Shown here: in pieces, positions 40,556 to 51,645 of the stretch
Position numbering within the stretch: position 1 is the stretch's first letter
Layout: every line of letters begins with the position of its first letter
Source: Candidatus Omnitrophota bacterium
GTDB lineage: Bacteria; Omnitrophota; Gorgyraeia; Gygaellales; Profunditerraquicolaceae
Direction: 5' to 3'
Assembly: GCA_041662125.1 (NCBI GenBank)
Contig: JBAZTA010000001.1
Location: 324,761 to 388,760, forward strand
Length of the DNA: 64,000 nucleotides
Program-made: the position numbers and the translations under genes
The notes under the pieces: generated by a model
Told to the model about the DNA's origin: nothing
Database searches by the model: none
The model's input: only the letters and a program-made list of their open reading frames with translations

Positions 40556-41467
40556 TTAGTGGAGAGCAAAAAGCGCTTTAACCTGATCAATATCGCGGAT
40601 GATTTGACGGCTCAGAGCCTGCGGTGAAGAAAATTTCTTTTCGTTGCGGATCTTCTTGAAAAATTGGACTTCGAGGTATTCCCCGTATATATCCCGGGAA
40701 AAGCCAAATATATGGACTTCGACATGAAGAGAATTTTCCGTATTGAGTTGAAATGTCGGTTTTCTGCCAATATAGCAGATACCGTTAAATAATGTATTCT
40801 GCCAGAGGATCTTCACGGCATAGATACCGGCAGGGGGAATAATCTCATGATGAGGAGAGACATTTGCCGTCGGAAAACCCAGCTTTGTAGCCACACCCGA
40901 CCCCCGCACGATCCTCCCAAAAACACTCACCGGATGAATAAGCAGCTGTTTGGCCTCTGGCAGCTTTCCGGAAAGAATAAGTGAACGGATAAAGGTGCTG
41001 CTGACCCCTCGGCCGAAAACCTTAATAACATCAAAGACTTTTAAGGTATAGCGCCCCTGCCGAGCATACGCGCGCAGCAACGCGACATTTCCGCCGGCAT
41101 TTCTCCCAAACCTGAAATCCTCTCCCACGCAAACAGCCTCTGCCCGGATCTTTTTTATGATTATTTTTTCTATAAAATCATTCGCTTTCATGCGGGCAAA
41201 AGCTTTGGTAAAACGGATGACAACACATACCTTGACCCCGAGTTCCTCGATTAATTTCAACCGGTGCGCCAAAGAATAAATGCTCTCTTTCCCTCGAGGA
41301 TGCGGATAAAACGTAATCACCAGTGCGGTCCCGCCCTTTTGCCGAGATCGTCTGAGCGCGTATCGGATAATCTGACGATGCGCCCGGTGCAAACCGTCAA
41401 AAACACCGATAGCGACAACTGGTTTAGGATATTGTTTTAATTGGGATAAACGGTAGAATACATCCAT
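40556..41467 (-). CDS. ribF: Bifunctional riboflavin kinase / FMN adenylyltransferase.
   Basis: N-terminal FAD-synthetase GVFDGLHRAH and a C-terminal flavokinase domain. Confidence 0.9.
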   Translation of the reverse strand: MDVFYRLSQLKQYPKPVVAIGVFDGLHRAHRQIIRYALRRSRQKGGTALVITFYPHPRGKESIYSLAHRLKLIEELGVKVCVVIRFTKAFARMKANDFIEKIIIKKIRAEAVCVGEDFRFGRNAGGNVALLRAYARQGRYTLKVFDVIKVFGRGVSSTFIRSLILSGKLPEAKQLLIHPVSVFGRIVRGSGVATKLGFPTANVSPHHEIIPPAGIYAVKILWQNTLFNGICYIGRKPTFQLNTENSLHVEVHIFGFSRDIYGEYLEVQFFKKIRNEKKFSSPQALSRQIIRDIDQVKALFALH

Positions 41468-42448
41468 TTATTGCAGACTGCTCTTAAGCTTACGCAGGAC
41501 CCTTCTTCTTACATCATCGAGAGGCCCGGGAATCGTAGCACCGCTTGCGGTCTTATGGCCTCCGCCTCCGAAAAACCGGGCGACGGCATTAACATCCACG
41601 CCCCCCTGAGAGCGAAAATTTACCCGTATTTCATTTCTTTTTTGCAGGTTCTCTTTAAATAATACCACGACTTCAATATCTTTAATGGACCGGGCAAAAC
41701 CCAGGATATGCTCTGAAAGATCAAAACCACCGCCAGAACTGATTTGCTTTTTAAGCATTTCTTTTTTTACGGCAACCCAAACCAATTTCCCCTGAAATTC
41801 AAGCTTCATAAAAGGTAAAACCCTGCTCAACAATTGCATATCCTTAAACGGGATATTTTCATATAATTTACTGTAGATCTGAGGAATATCCAACTGATAT
41901 TCCAAAAGCTCAGCGGTTATCCGGTGCGTGCGGCTGGTCGTATTAGAATACCGGAATGAACCCGTATCAGTTAATATACCGACGTATAATAAAAGAGCGG
42001 TTTGACGGTCTAAAGGGACGCGCATTTGTTTATATAATGCAAAAATAATTTCCGTGCATGAAGAAGCTCCCGCATCAACCAGGTTAGCTGCCCCAAACTG
42101 CAGGTTACTCACATGGTGGTCAATATTCAAAACCGGCTTTCCTTTATTATTAAGGGTATGGACTTCTCCGGTCCGTTTAAGATCAGAACAATCAAGTGCG
42201 ACAAATACATCAAATTTTATTTTGCGCGCGCTGCGGTCGAATCTTTTTATAAGGCCGGCATCCGGTAAAAACGCATACTCAGCGGGCGGATATTCTTCAT
42301 TAACAATAACCGCTTTCTTGCCTAACGCTTTCAAAAGACGATAGAATGCCAATTCAGAGCCAAGTGCATCTCCCTCAACGTTCATATGGCTGGTGACAAG
42401 AAAATTATCGTTCTCTTTTATAAAAGAAGCTACTTCCTGTAACCCCAT
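41468..42448 (-). CDS. nrnA: DHH/DHHA1 phosphoesterase NrnA (oligoribonuclease / pAp phosphatase).
   Basis: DHH motif NIDHHVSN and DHHA1 motif GGGGHKTASG. Confidence 0.8.
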   Translation of the reverse strand: MGLQEVASFIKENDNFLVTSHMNVEGDALGSELAFYRLLKALGKKAVIVNEEYPPAEYAFLPDAGLIKRFDRSARKIKFDVFVALDCSDLKRTGEVHTLNNKGKPVLNIDHHVSNLQFGAANLVDAGASSCTEIIFALYKQMRVPLDRQTALLLYVGILTDTGSFRYSNTTSRTHRITAELLEYQLDIPQIYSKLYENIPFKDMQLLSRVLPFMKLEFQGKLVWVAVKKEMLKKQISSGGGFDLSEHILGFARSIKDIEVVVLFKENLQKRNEIRVNFRSQGGVDVNAVARFFGGGGHKTASGATIPGPLDDVRRRVLRKLKSSLQ

Positions 42449-42467
42449 GCGCTTGTCTCCTTTTTCC

Positions 42468-42815
42468 CTACGCCGTATCAGATTTTTTTATTTCATCAAG
42501 GACTTTTTGGATCTGAAAGCTGTATTCCGAAGACCTGTCTTCTTTAAAAACGATTTCCGGGGTAAAGCGTAACTGCACTCGTTCGGCAATCAGTTTACGG
42601 ATATACCCTAAACTAGAATCCAAAGCTTGTTTGGTCTTCTGATGATCAGTATCTTGCCCTAAAACGCTATAAAATATCTTAGCAAACCGCAAATCTTTTG
42701 CCATTTCTACGTTAGTTATGGTGACAAAACCAAGCCGCGGGTCCTTAAGCTCGCTCTGCAGAATAATGCTTATTTCCCGTTTCAACGTTTCCTGAACTTT
42801 ATCATGCCTGGACAT
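42468..42815 (-). CDS. rbfA: Ribosome-binding factor A.
   Basis: 115-aa KH-like protein with an RbfA signature (RLGFVTITNVEM). Confidence 0.85.
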   Translation of the reverse strand: MSRHDKVQETLKREISIILQSELKDPRLGFVTITNVEMAKDLRFAKIFYSVLGQDTDHQKTKQALDSSLGYIRKLIAERVQLRFTPEIVFKEDRSSEYSFQIQKVLDEIKKSDTA

Positions 42816-42926
42816 ACGTTTATCTCCTTATTTCGGCAATCTAAGAAATTACTTTTCCTCTATGGTATAATTCTACCACAAAAAAAACTCTTATACGAGC
42901 CAATAACACAAGTGAAGGATTATCGA

Positions 42927-42979
42927 CTGCGCAGCACCCCAGCTAATAGGTATGCTGGGTGTGCCCTTTCTGGGCAAGT
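42927..42979. repeat. Repeat family B, copy 1: a two-hairpin element overlapping the 3' end of cca.
   Basis: ctgcgcagcaccccagct-aataggtat-gctgggtgtgccctttctgggcaag aligns with 54976-55029. Both stems, CCCAGC/GCTGGG and GCCC/GGGC, are preserved by compensatory changes. Confidence 0.55.
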
Positions 42980-44271
42980 TTTGCTAATTTGCGCACAAAC
43001 ATTAACTCCTCATGCCTGGTATGCAACTTACCATCCAGGCGGGCCTCTAAAACTTTTTTAAAGATGTACTGGTATGCCGGGCCAGGCGATACCCCAAACC
43101 CGCGCAAATCATGCCCAGACACAGCAATGCGCATCTCATTATGGATACTGATAAATTCATCGAGATACTGCCGAAAATTCTTATTCTTATATTTTGCCCG
43201 AAGCAAAATAATCTCTTCATAACTTAACGGCTCCAGTAACTTATAAATCCGGCTTGGCTTAACCTTAGGCTTACGTAACATCTGGAAATACTGCGGCCGG
43301 AACTGTTTAAAACTTAATATCTTTTTCCCCTCCGCCTTACGAAACACAAACTTTTCACAAATCGATTTTACCTGCGCTTCTCCCAAATGCTCCAAAAGCG
43401 CTATCAGGTATATTACCCAGACATCCAAGTGCCGACGGTGGTTATGATTCGCGGCAAACCAAGCAACTTCTTTATCAATTGCGGAAATAAGCCGGCAGGT
43501 CCCGGGAGCAAGGCAAAGGTGCGGGCTGATAAAATCCAAACATCGTAAATCCCGGATACGTTTCAACGGTTTCAGGGGAAATCGTTCTTTTAAGATCAGG
43601 ATCAGCTCATCACGCAGGCGCTGCGGTTGGATGCGCTGCAGGATGCGCTGCTTTGCCGCCCCCTTTAAAAGCGCCAAAGTTATGGGTTCTATCCGGAAAT
43701 TATACCTTTGCTCAAACCTGATCGCCCGTAAGATACGCGTCGGGTCATCAATAAAACTCTGTTCATGTAAAACACGTATCTTACCTGCCATGACATCGCT
43801 CTTACCGCCGCAAACGTCTATCAAAACTCCAAAATCACGAACAGAGATATTAATTGCCAATGAATTAATGGTAAAATCCCGCCGCACCAAATCATCTTCC
43901 AACACTCCTGCCCTGACTTCCGGAAGACTACCAGGATACGGATAGTCTTCTTTTCTGGTTGTAGCAATATCGACCTTAAGGTGAGGTTTTATGATGAGTG
44001 TCGCTGTTCCAAACCGGCGGTGAGCGATGACCTTAGCCCCGATCTTACTACCTAAGGCACGGGCAAACCTGATACCATCAGACTCAACCGCGATATCAAC
44101 ATCGAAATTCTTAACCCCTAAGATCAGATCCCGCACGAATCCGCCGACCAAAAAGACGCGGTAACCCAACTCAGTACTTACTTGCTGAGCGGAAAGAATA
44201 ATCTCCAGGATATCTGGCGGCAAGCGCTTTAAATACTCTTTCATTTTTCTTTTTATCCGTCCTTCAATCAC
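42943..44271 (-). CDS. cca: CCA-adding tRNA nucleotidyltransferase / poly(A) polymerase family, with a C-terminal HD domain.
   Basis: GGFVRDLILGVKNFDVDIAVE polymerase-beta motif and an RxxRF motif. The C-terminal ~12 codons overlap the repeat. Confidence 0.85.
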   Translation of the reverse strand: MIEGRIKRKMKEYLKRLPPDILEIILSAQQVSTELGYRVFLVGGFVRDLILGVKNFDVDIAVESDGIRFARALGSKIGAKVIAHRRFGTATLIIKPHLKVDIATTRKEDYPYPGSLPEVRAGVLEDDLVRRDFTINSLAINISVRDFGVLIDVCGGKSDVMAGKIRVLHEQSFIDDPTRILRAIRFEQRYNFRIEPITLALLKGAAKQRILQRIQPQRLRDELILILKERFPLKPLKRIRDLRCLDFISPHLCLAPGTCRLISAIDKEVAWFAANHNHRRHLDVWVIYLIALLEHLGEAQVKSICEKFVFRKAEGKKILSFKQFRPQYFQMLRKPKVKPSRIYKLLEPLSYEEIILLRAKYKNKNFRQYLDEFISIHNEMRIAVSGHDLRGFGVSPGPAYQYIFKKVLEARLDGKLHTRHEELMFVRKLAKLAQKGHTQHTY

Positions 44272-45215
44272 TATGGCCGAGGATGAAACATTTTATGTAT
44301 GGCCTTAAGCCTGTCTTTATTAATATGCGTGTAAATCTGAGTCGTAGAAATATTAGAATGCCCCAGCATCTCCTGCACTGAACGTAAGTCAGCTCCCCGC
44401 TCTAATAAATGTGTCGCAAAAGAATGCCGCAGAGTATGCGGTTTCAACGTCTTTTTGATCCTTGCCTGCCGGGCGTACCGCTTAATGATCTTCCATAAGG
44501 ATTGACGGGATATTTTCCTGCCAAACCTGCTTAAAAATAAATTTTCAGTATCCTTTTTTCCTGCGAGGGGCAAAGCCCCGGGGTTCCCAGCCGGCTGCTT
44601 CGACTTTAGAGATGGTGCCAGAAATTGATTACGGCTAACTTCTTTATACCGGATAAGGCTTATAATCGCTTTCTTGCCTAATGGAATAACCCGTTCTTTA
44701 TTGCCCTTGCCGATGCAACGCAAAAAGCCTACGTCCAGGGTAGCATCATCAGTCTTCAGATTGGATACTTCCGAAACACGCATTCCTGTCGCGTATAAGG
44801 TTTCCAGGATAGCTTTATCCCGTATCCCCTGCCTATCTCTAAGCGACGGCTGACTCAGTAATGCTTCGACTTCATTCAAAGAAAGCGTTTCCGGGATCTT
44901 CTTGGATAATTTGGGCGTATCGACTAATGTTGTAGGATCATTTTTCAAGATGCGTTCTCTCATTAAAAACCGGTGGAACATACGTATGGCAGCTAACCTT
45001 CGAGAGATAGAATTAGCCGAGATCCCTTTATCTTTCTGCGAAAACATAAAGTTTGAAACGCTGTTGCGCGTTGCTTTCGATAACGTCTCTACAGAAGAAC
45101 TTTTCAGGAAATCCAAGTAGAGCATGAGATCATTTTTATAGGAAAGAATCGTATTCTGCGCAAGGCCGCGTTCAACCGATAAGTAATTCAGAAAAACATC
45201 AATGAGTTCATGCAT
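44271..45215 (-). CDS. xerD: Tyrosine site-specific recombinase XerC/XerD family. The start is trimmed to MHELIDVF.
   Basis: The C-terminal catalytic motif HTLRHSFATHLLERGADLRSVQEMLGHSNISTTQIYTH supplies the R..HxxR..Y residues. Confidence 0.85.
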   Translation of the reverse strand: MHELIDVFLNYLSVERGLAQNTILSYKNDLMLYLDFLKSSSVETLSKATRNSVSNFMFSQKDKGISANSISRRLAAIRMFHRFLMRERILKNDPTTLVDTPKLSKKIPETLSLNEVEALLSQPSLRDRQGIRDKAILETLYATGMRVSEVSNLKTDDATLDVGFLRCIGKGNKERVIPLGKKAIISLIRYKEVSRNQFLAPSLKSKQPAGNPGALPLAGKKDTENLFLSRFGRKISRQSLWKIIKRYARQARIKKTLKPHTLRHSFATHLLERGADLRSVQEMLGHSNISTTQIYTHINKDRLKAIHKMFHPRP

Positions 45216-45837
45216 CGAAAAAAAACTGGTTACCTGATTTCTCCTGCCCGATCGTCGATGAAGGGCCATGGCCGGGGTAGACCACGGTATCATTAGGTAA
45301 TGTCAGGAGGTTTTTCTTTATCGCATCAATAAGCATTGCACCACTTGCCCCGGGGAAATCGGTCCTGCCGATACTCTGAAAAAATAAAGAATCCCCGGTA
45401 AATACCATGTTAGTATGCGGGCTTTTTAAAAGAAGCGCCATTCCCCCCGGAGAATGCCCAGGGACTTCTAAGACTTCCAGCGCTATATCATCCAAAGCTA
45501 TTATTTCATGGTTTTTTACTTCCCGCATTTCCGAAGCAACGCTTACGGCAGCAGAAGAAAAAAACGCGGAAAGATTAAGGTACGGGTCCTTTAAAAGAGG
45601 GGCATCCTTACAATGGACTAAAACAGGCACATCAAAATCGTCATCAGCGCCAATATGGTCAAAATGCCCGTGCGTATTAATAATAAACGCCGGCTTTAAT
45701 TTATGCCGCAGCAATACCTCTTTAATTTTGTCCGGCTGGCTGCCGGGGTCAATAATAATCGCGCCCGCCCCCTCTTTAGAGGCAAGGATATAACAATTAA
45801 CCTGTAATTCCCCCACACAGACGATTTCTAATAACAT
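45208..45837 (-). CDS. MBL-fold metallo-hydrolase (glyoxalase II-like).
   Basis: HGHFDHIG (HxHxDH) motif; 209 aa. Confidence 0.8.
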   Translation of the reverse strand: MLLEIVCVGELQVNCYILASKEGAGAIIIDPGSQPDKIKEVLLRHKLKPAFIINTHGHFDHIGADDDFDVPVLVHCKDAPLLKDPYLNLSAFFSSAAVSVASEMREVKNHEIIALDDIALEVLEVPGHSPGGMALLLKSPHTNMVFTGDSLFFQSIGRTDFPGASGAMLIDAIKKNLLTLPNDTVVYPGHGPSSTIGQEKSGNQFFFDA

Positions 45838-45868
45838 TGAGCACCCTAAAGCTTTATTCAGCGAAACC

Positions 45869-46407
45869 CTATTTCTTCCCCGTATCCTCTACAATATCCT
45901 TACTGATTTTGTTGTACGAAAGATCTTTTAAAATATTCCTTTTAATCTTTTCCGCCAGTAATCGAAGCGTGGACACATTATTCCCATAGGTATCACCTGC
46001 CACCTTCACCTCAAGCTCACGCATCGAGGCCAAAGAGACATCCAAAAGCGCCTGTTTTTGGCTGTTCAGCAAAGAGCGCATCTGCTGTAGATTTGCAATA
46101 GCTTCCCTGACACAATTGACCTGCCGCTTCTGATTTGCGTTATGGCCCGACAAAGAATCTATCAATTCTCCGTGCCATGATTTCCAGAATAACAGCGCTT
46201 GCCGATAGCGTTCTTGCGCTGGGCTTTTCGGCACGTCATACACAACAGGCTCAAGAACCATCTCTTGCTGCGGCAATTCTGATTTCTTAGCCTTGCGGGT
46301 AAACTTACGCACAAAAGCCTCGCAACCGCAGGTTAACAAACATATAACAACAACTCCCACCCCAAAAACGAAAATATTGGAAAATTTATCTCTCCTTATA
46401 CTATACA

Positions 46408-46408
<1 letters not shown>
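45869..46408 (-). CDS. Hypothetical membrane-anchored protein.
   Basis: N-terminal hydrophobic segment VFGVGVVVICLLTCGC with no recognisable catalytic motif. Confidence 0.4.
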
Positions 46409-48438
<2,030 letters not shown>

Positions 48439-49167
48439 CTATTTCCCGACGAGAAGGCGGTCTCCTAAAAAGCAAGGTAACCCTCGTTCAATAATTTTCT
48501 TTCTTGCAAGATGCACATCATAATCCACGCGTTTAAGCGTAACTTGTCTGGTATCAGTATCGTATATGCCATACGAAGCCCGAGCGTCAGAATCCCGCGG
48601 CTGCCCTATACTGCCGACATTAACAATATATTTACTGCCCTTTTCTATTCTCCGCGAACCGGTTTTCTGATACGCTCTTTTCCCCGCACTATCTTGAATA
48701 AATATACCTGCCTCATGAGTATGTCCAAGAAAACAAATATTACCTTCCATTAAATCAAAGCTTGATTCCAGCATCCCGGGATCTGATATATATTTAAAAT
48801 CACCCGGGCAAGCAAGGCTCCCATGCACCAAAGTCAAATCCTTATTCTGGTATGTTAACTTCAATGACCGCAAGAAATCTTGACCACTAGCGGAAATATT
48901 CTTTTTTGTCCAGGATATCGCTTTTTGAGCGTAAGGATTAAAATGAAAATCAGAAAAGAGTTCCACACTCGCCTGATCATGATTCCCCGCAACCGTGATA
49001 CGTACACAATCTTTAACTATATCAATACATGCCTGAGGATCCGCCGCGTATCCGACTATATCTCCAGCGCACAAATATTCATCAATATGTTCCAAACGTA
49101 ATGCCTGCAAGACTGCCTGGAACGCTTCAAGATTAGAATGGATGTCGCTTATTATCCCATAGCGCAT
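48439..49167 (-). CDS. Calcineurin-like metallophosphoesterase.
   Basis: MRYGIISDIHSN, GDIVGY, GNHD and GHTH motifs. Confidence 0.8.
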   Translation of the reverse strand: MRYGIISDIHSNLEAFQAVLQALRLEHIDEYLCAGDIVGYAADPQACIDIVKDCVRITVAGNHDQASVELFSDFHFNPYAQKAISWTKKNISASGQDFLRSLKLTYQNKDLTLVHGSLACPGDFKYISDPGMLESSFDLMEGNICFLGHTHEAGIFIQDSAGKRAYQKTGSRRIEKGSKYIVNVGSIGQPRDSDARASYGIYDTDTRQVTLKRVDYDVHLARKKIIERGLPCFLGDRLLVGK

Positions 49168-49178
49168 AATGCACCCGG

Positions 49179-49454
49179 TTATTCATACCCGATCTCAAAG
49201 GTGTCAAATTCTCCGGTAGCGTCCTGCCAATCAACCTGCGTATCCCGGATATAACGGGCAAAAACTTGATTAATCCTGGCTAAGAAATCTTTTAACAGCT
49301 CTTCTTCTGCTTCTGCAACAACTTCAACCTGGCCGTTAGAAAGATTCTTAACCCATCCGCTGACCTGCAATGAACGGGCTATTGATTCTGACGTAAACCG
49401 AAATCCTACACCTTGGACTTTACCGGTATACAATACATGAATCTGCTTCTCCAT
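49179..49454 (-). CDS. acyP: Acylphosphatase.
   Basis: VQGVGFR and GWVKNLSNGQVEV signatures; 91 aa. Confidence 0.85.
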   Translation of the reverse strand: MEKQIHVLYTGKVQGVGFRFTSESIARSLQVSGWVKNLSNGQVEVVAEAEEELLKDFLARINQVFARYIRDTQVDWQDATGEFDTFEIGYE

Positions 49455-49563
49455 GAGACAATGGTATTTAAGGATAAAAAACTTATAAAGGCTGGATTAT
49501 ACACGCAGTCAAAACCAAAAGAAAGGTTTTTTCTTATCAAAATCTATGAAAAAGGGAACCGGC

Positions 49564-49613
49564 TATTCTTCGAAGCCCTACCATCATTTTACTTATTGAT
49601 GGGCGAAGAAGAA
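49564..49613. repeat. Repeat family C, copy 2, immediately 3' of tRNA-Pro.
   Basis: See the copy-1 alignment. It contains a CCATCA/TGATGG hairpin and a TTCTTCG/CGAAGAA enclosing stem. Confidence 0.6.
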
Positions 49614-49688
49614 TCGGGGCGACAGGACTTGAACCTGTGACCTCAACGTCCCGAACGTTGCGCTCTAGCCAAACTGAGCCACGCCCCG
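49614..49688 (-). tRNA. tRNA-Pro (anticodon CGG).
   Basis: Minus-strand sequence CGGGGCGUGGCUCAGUUUGGCUAGAGCGCAACGUUCGGGACGUUGAGGUCACAGGUUCAAGUCCUGUCGCCCCGA. It shows a 7-bp acceptor stem, D-stem GCUC/GAGC, anticodon loop UUCGGGA, T-loop UUCAAGU and discriminator A. Confidence 0.9.
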
Positions 49689-49769
49689 TTACAAATCCGG
49701 ATAGTTCCTTATTTACTATGGAAATTTATACATCAATACGGTTTATAAGTATACCAGAAATCACACCCC

Positions 49770-50369
49770 TTAGCAAGAATTAGCAGTTACTGCTCTTAAG
49801 GATTGTTTTTTCATCAACATATCATACTCAATATTAACCTGAGCAGAAGGGCCTTTAAAACTTAACGTTGTCAATGCCAAAGTATGGGGGATAATATTTA
49901 CACTGATACAATTTGCTTTTCTGCTGGCTATTGTCAAACTGATCCCGTCAACAGCGAGAGACCCCTTTGAGACGATAAAACTCTCGGCTTCTCTGGAAAC
50001 CGCTATCTCAAAAGTCACCGTATCATTACGGTGACTTTTCTTTCGTATAATGCCTACACAATCAATATGCCCGCTTACAAAATGCCCTGATAAGCGCTGA
50101 CCAACCTGCAGGCTGCGCTCAAGATTCACCTTCTCCATAATTTTCAATGTCCCCAAATTGGTCAAAGAAAGTGTCGCAGACATAACATCAAAACTAAGAG
50201 CATCCGCTTCTATCTTAACAACGGTCAAGCAAACACCGTTAACAGCAATACTATCGCCAATTTTAGTATCGGCAATTACCTTTTTTGCTGCAACGGTTAT
50301 CACGGCAACATTCCCGCACCGCGCAATTTTCTTAACCTGCCCTAATTCTTCAACTATTCCTGTGAACAT
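49770..50369 (-). CDS. ribE: Riboflavin synthase alpha chain.
   Basis: MFTGIVEELGQV N-terminus and duplicated lumazine-binding repeats. Confidence 0.9.
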   Translation of the reverse strand: MFTGIVEELGQVKKIARCGNVAVITVAAKKVIADTKIGDSIAVNGVCLTVVKIEADALSFDVMSATLSLTNLGTLKIMEKVNLERSLQVGQRLSGHFVSGHIDCVGIIRKKSHRNDTVTFEIAVSREAESFIVSKGSLAVDGISLTIASRKANCISVNIIPHTLALTTLSFKGPSAQVNIEYDMLMKKQSLRAVTANSC

Positions 50370-50370
50370 A

Positions 50371-50506
50371 GTGAGGCCACATCTTACGTCGCCTTTTGGC
50401 GACGTAAGATGTCTCCTGTCATTTTACTTATCGGGCCGAACTATCCTGCGTAGCTCCACCGCAGCTTTGTTTGTAAACGAGCGAAGCAGGATAATGAAAC
50501 TATCCC
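50371..50506. repeat. Repeat family A, copy 1: a two-hairpin element of about 135 nt abutting the ribE start codon.
   Basis: Nearly identical to 54650-54777. Hairpin 1 is a 15-bp perfect palindrome, acatcttacgtcgcc-tttt-ggcgacgtaagatgt; hairpin 2 is the ~17-bp imperfect inverted repeat actatcctgcgtagctc...gagcgaagcaggataat. Confidence 0.8.
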
Positions 50507-50541
50507 AGATTATTTAACCTTATTTCCGAACCGTCTATTCA

Positions 50542-51636
50542 TTAAACATAACCTTCGATCAAGATATCCTCGCCGATACGCCTGTATTTTACGTTTTTAA
50601 GCTTGATTGCTTTATCAACGCGTGATATTCCTTGCCCCATGACCGAGCTGATAGCATCTTTCCCGCCAATGATTTTCGGGCTTATGAAAAACAAAACCTT
50701 GTCAACCAACCCCTCATCAAATAACGAACCGATCAACGTCCCGCCACCTTCGACAAATACGTTGGTAATTTCTAATTTTGCCAATTTTTTCATCAAATCC
50801 TTTAAATTAACCTGCCTGACTTTTTCTTTGACTTCCAGGATCATTGCCTTGTGTGCCAAAATCTTTCTGTTCTCTATTTCCTGGCCAGCTTTAGCGAGAA
50901 CGGTAGCAATGATCACTTTACTTTTATCTAAAAAGATATTCGCGTCTTGCGGAGTACTCAATTGGCTATCAATAATGATTTTAACCGGCTGATGCTTGGA
51001 AAACCAGGCATTGAGCCGGGGATTATCCCGCAATACGGTATTAACACCAACCATAATAGCATCGTAATTCTTCCTGATACGATGGCTGTATACACGGGAC
51101 TTATCTGAAGTGATCCATTTGGAATCACCGGTTTTAGCGGCAATCTTGCCGTCTAAAGATTGAGCGACTTTGACCGTAACAAACGGTAAATTCTTCGTGA
51201 TATATTTGATAAAAACCTCATTTACTTTTCTCAAACTGTCTTCAAGCACCCCTACTTCCACTTTTATTCTATTATTTCTTAAGAGCTCGATACCCCTGCC
51301 GTTATTGCACGGGTTAGGGTCGATCATGCCCACCACCACTTCTTTAACACCGCTCTCTATGATACGGGAAACGCAAGGAGGGGTCCTGCCAAAATGCGCG
51401 CACGGCTCAAGCGTAACATATAACGTAGCATTCCGGGCATTTTTACCTGCTTTATCCAAAGCAATTATTTCCGCATGCGCAAGTCCGGCTTTCTCATGAA
51501 AACCGCTGCTCACAATACGGCCGTCTTTTACTACCAACGCCCCCACCATCGGATTCGGGCTGGTCGAGCCTTTAGCTTTTAACGCGAAAGCAAGAGCTTT
51601 TTTCATAAAAAATTCATGGCCTCGTTTTATACTCAT
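50542..51636 (-). CDS. ribD: Bifunctional diaminohydroxyphosphoribosylaminopyrimidine deaminase / 5-amino-6-(5-phosphoribosylamino)uracil reductase.
   Basis: CMP/dCMP deaminase zinc motif HAEIIAL...PCAHFGRTPPC and a RibD C-terminal reductase domain. Confidence 0.9.
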   Translation of the reverse strand: MSIKRGHEFFMKKALAFALKAKGSTSPNPMVGALVVKDGRIVSSGFHEKAGLAHAEIIALDKAGKNARNATLYVTLEPCAHFGRTPPCVSRIIESGVKEVVVGMIDPNPCNNGRGIELLRNNRIKVEVGVLEDSLRKVNEVFIKYITKNLPFVTVKVAQSLDGKIAAKTGDSKWITSDKSRVYSHRIRKNYDAIMVGVNTVLRDNPRLNAWFSKHQPVKIIIDSQLSTPQDANIFLDKSKVIIATVLAKAGQEIENRKILAHKAMILEVKEKVRQVNLKDLMKKLAKLEITNVFVEGGGTLIGSLFDEGLVDKVLFFISPKIIGGKDAISSVMGQGISRVDKAIKLKNVKYRRIGEDILIEGYV

Positions 51637-51645
51637 AAGCTTTAC

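Noticed and set aside
44271-45293. Longer xerD ORF with the N-terminal extension MIPWSTPAMALHRRSGRRNQVTSFFS.
   Set aside because: The extension overlaps the MBL-hydrolase 3' end, and recombinase homology begins at MHELIDVF. The shorter start was chosen.
49500-49545. AT-rich hairpin AAACC-aaaagaa-AGGTTT followed by a T-run on the plus strand, considered as a terminator.
   Set aside because: No plus-strand gene lies upstream. On the minus strand it is not followed by a U-tract, the stem is weak (AT-rich, 5 bp), and its function is unclear.
50385-50418. Perfect 15-bp palindrome ACATCTTACGTCGCC-TTTT-GGCGACGTAAGATGT considered as a rho-independent terminator.
   Set aside because: Neither strand has a U-tract after the stem. 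It abuts a start codon and is duplicated at another start codon, so it was treated as part of repeat family A instead.
50158-50517. Plus-strand 119-aa ORF between ribD and ribE.
   Set aside because: It is antisense to ribE and its C-terminus translates the repeat element (…SPFGDVRCLL…). There is no independent coding evidence.
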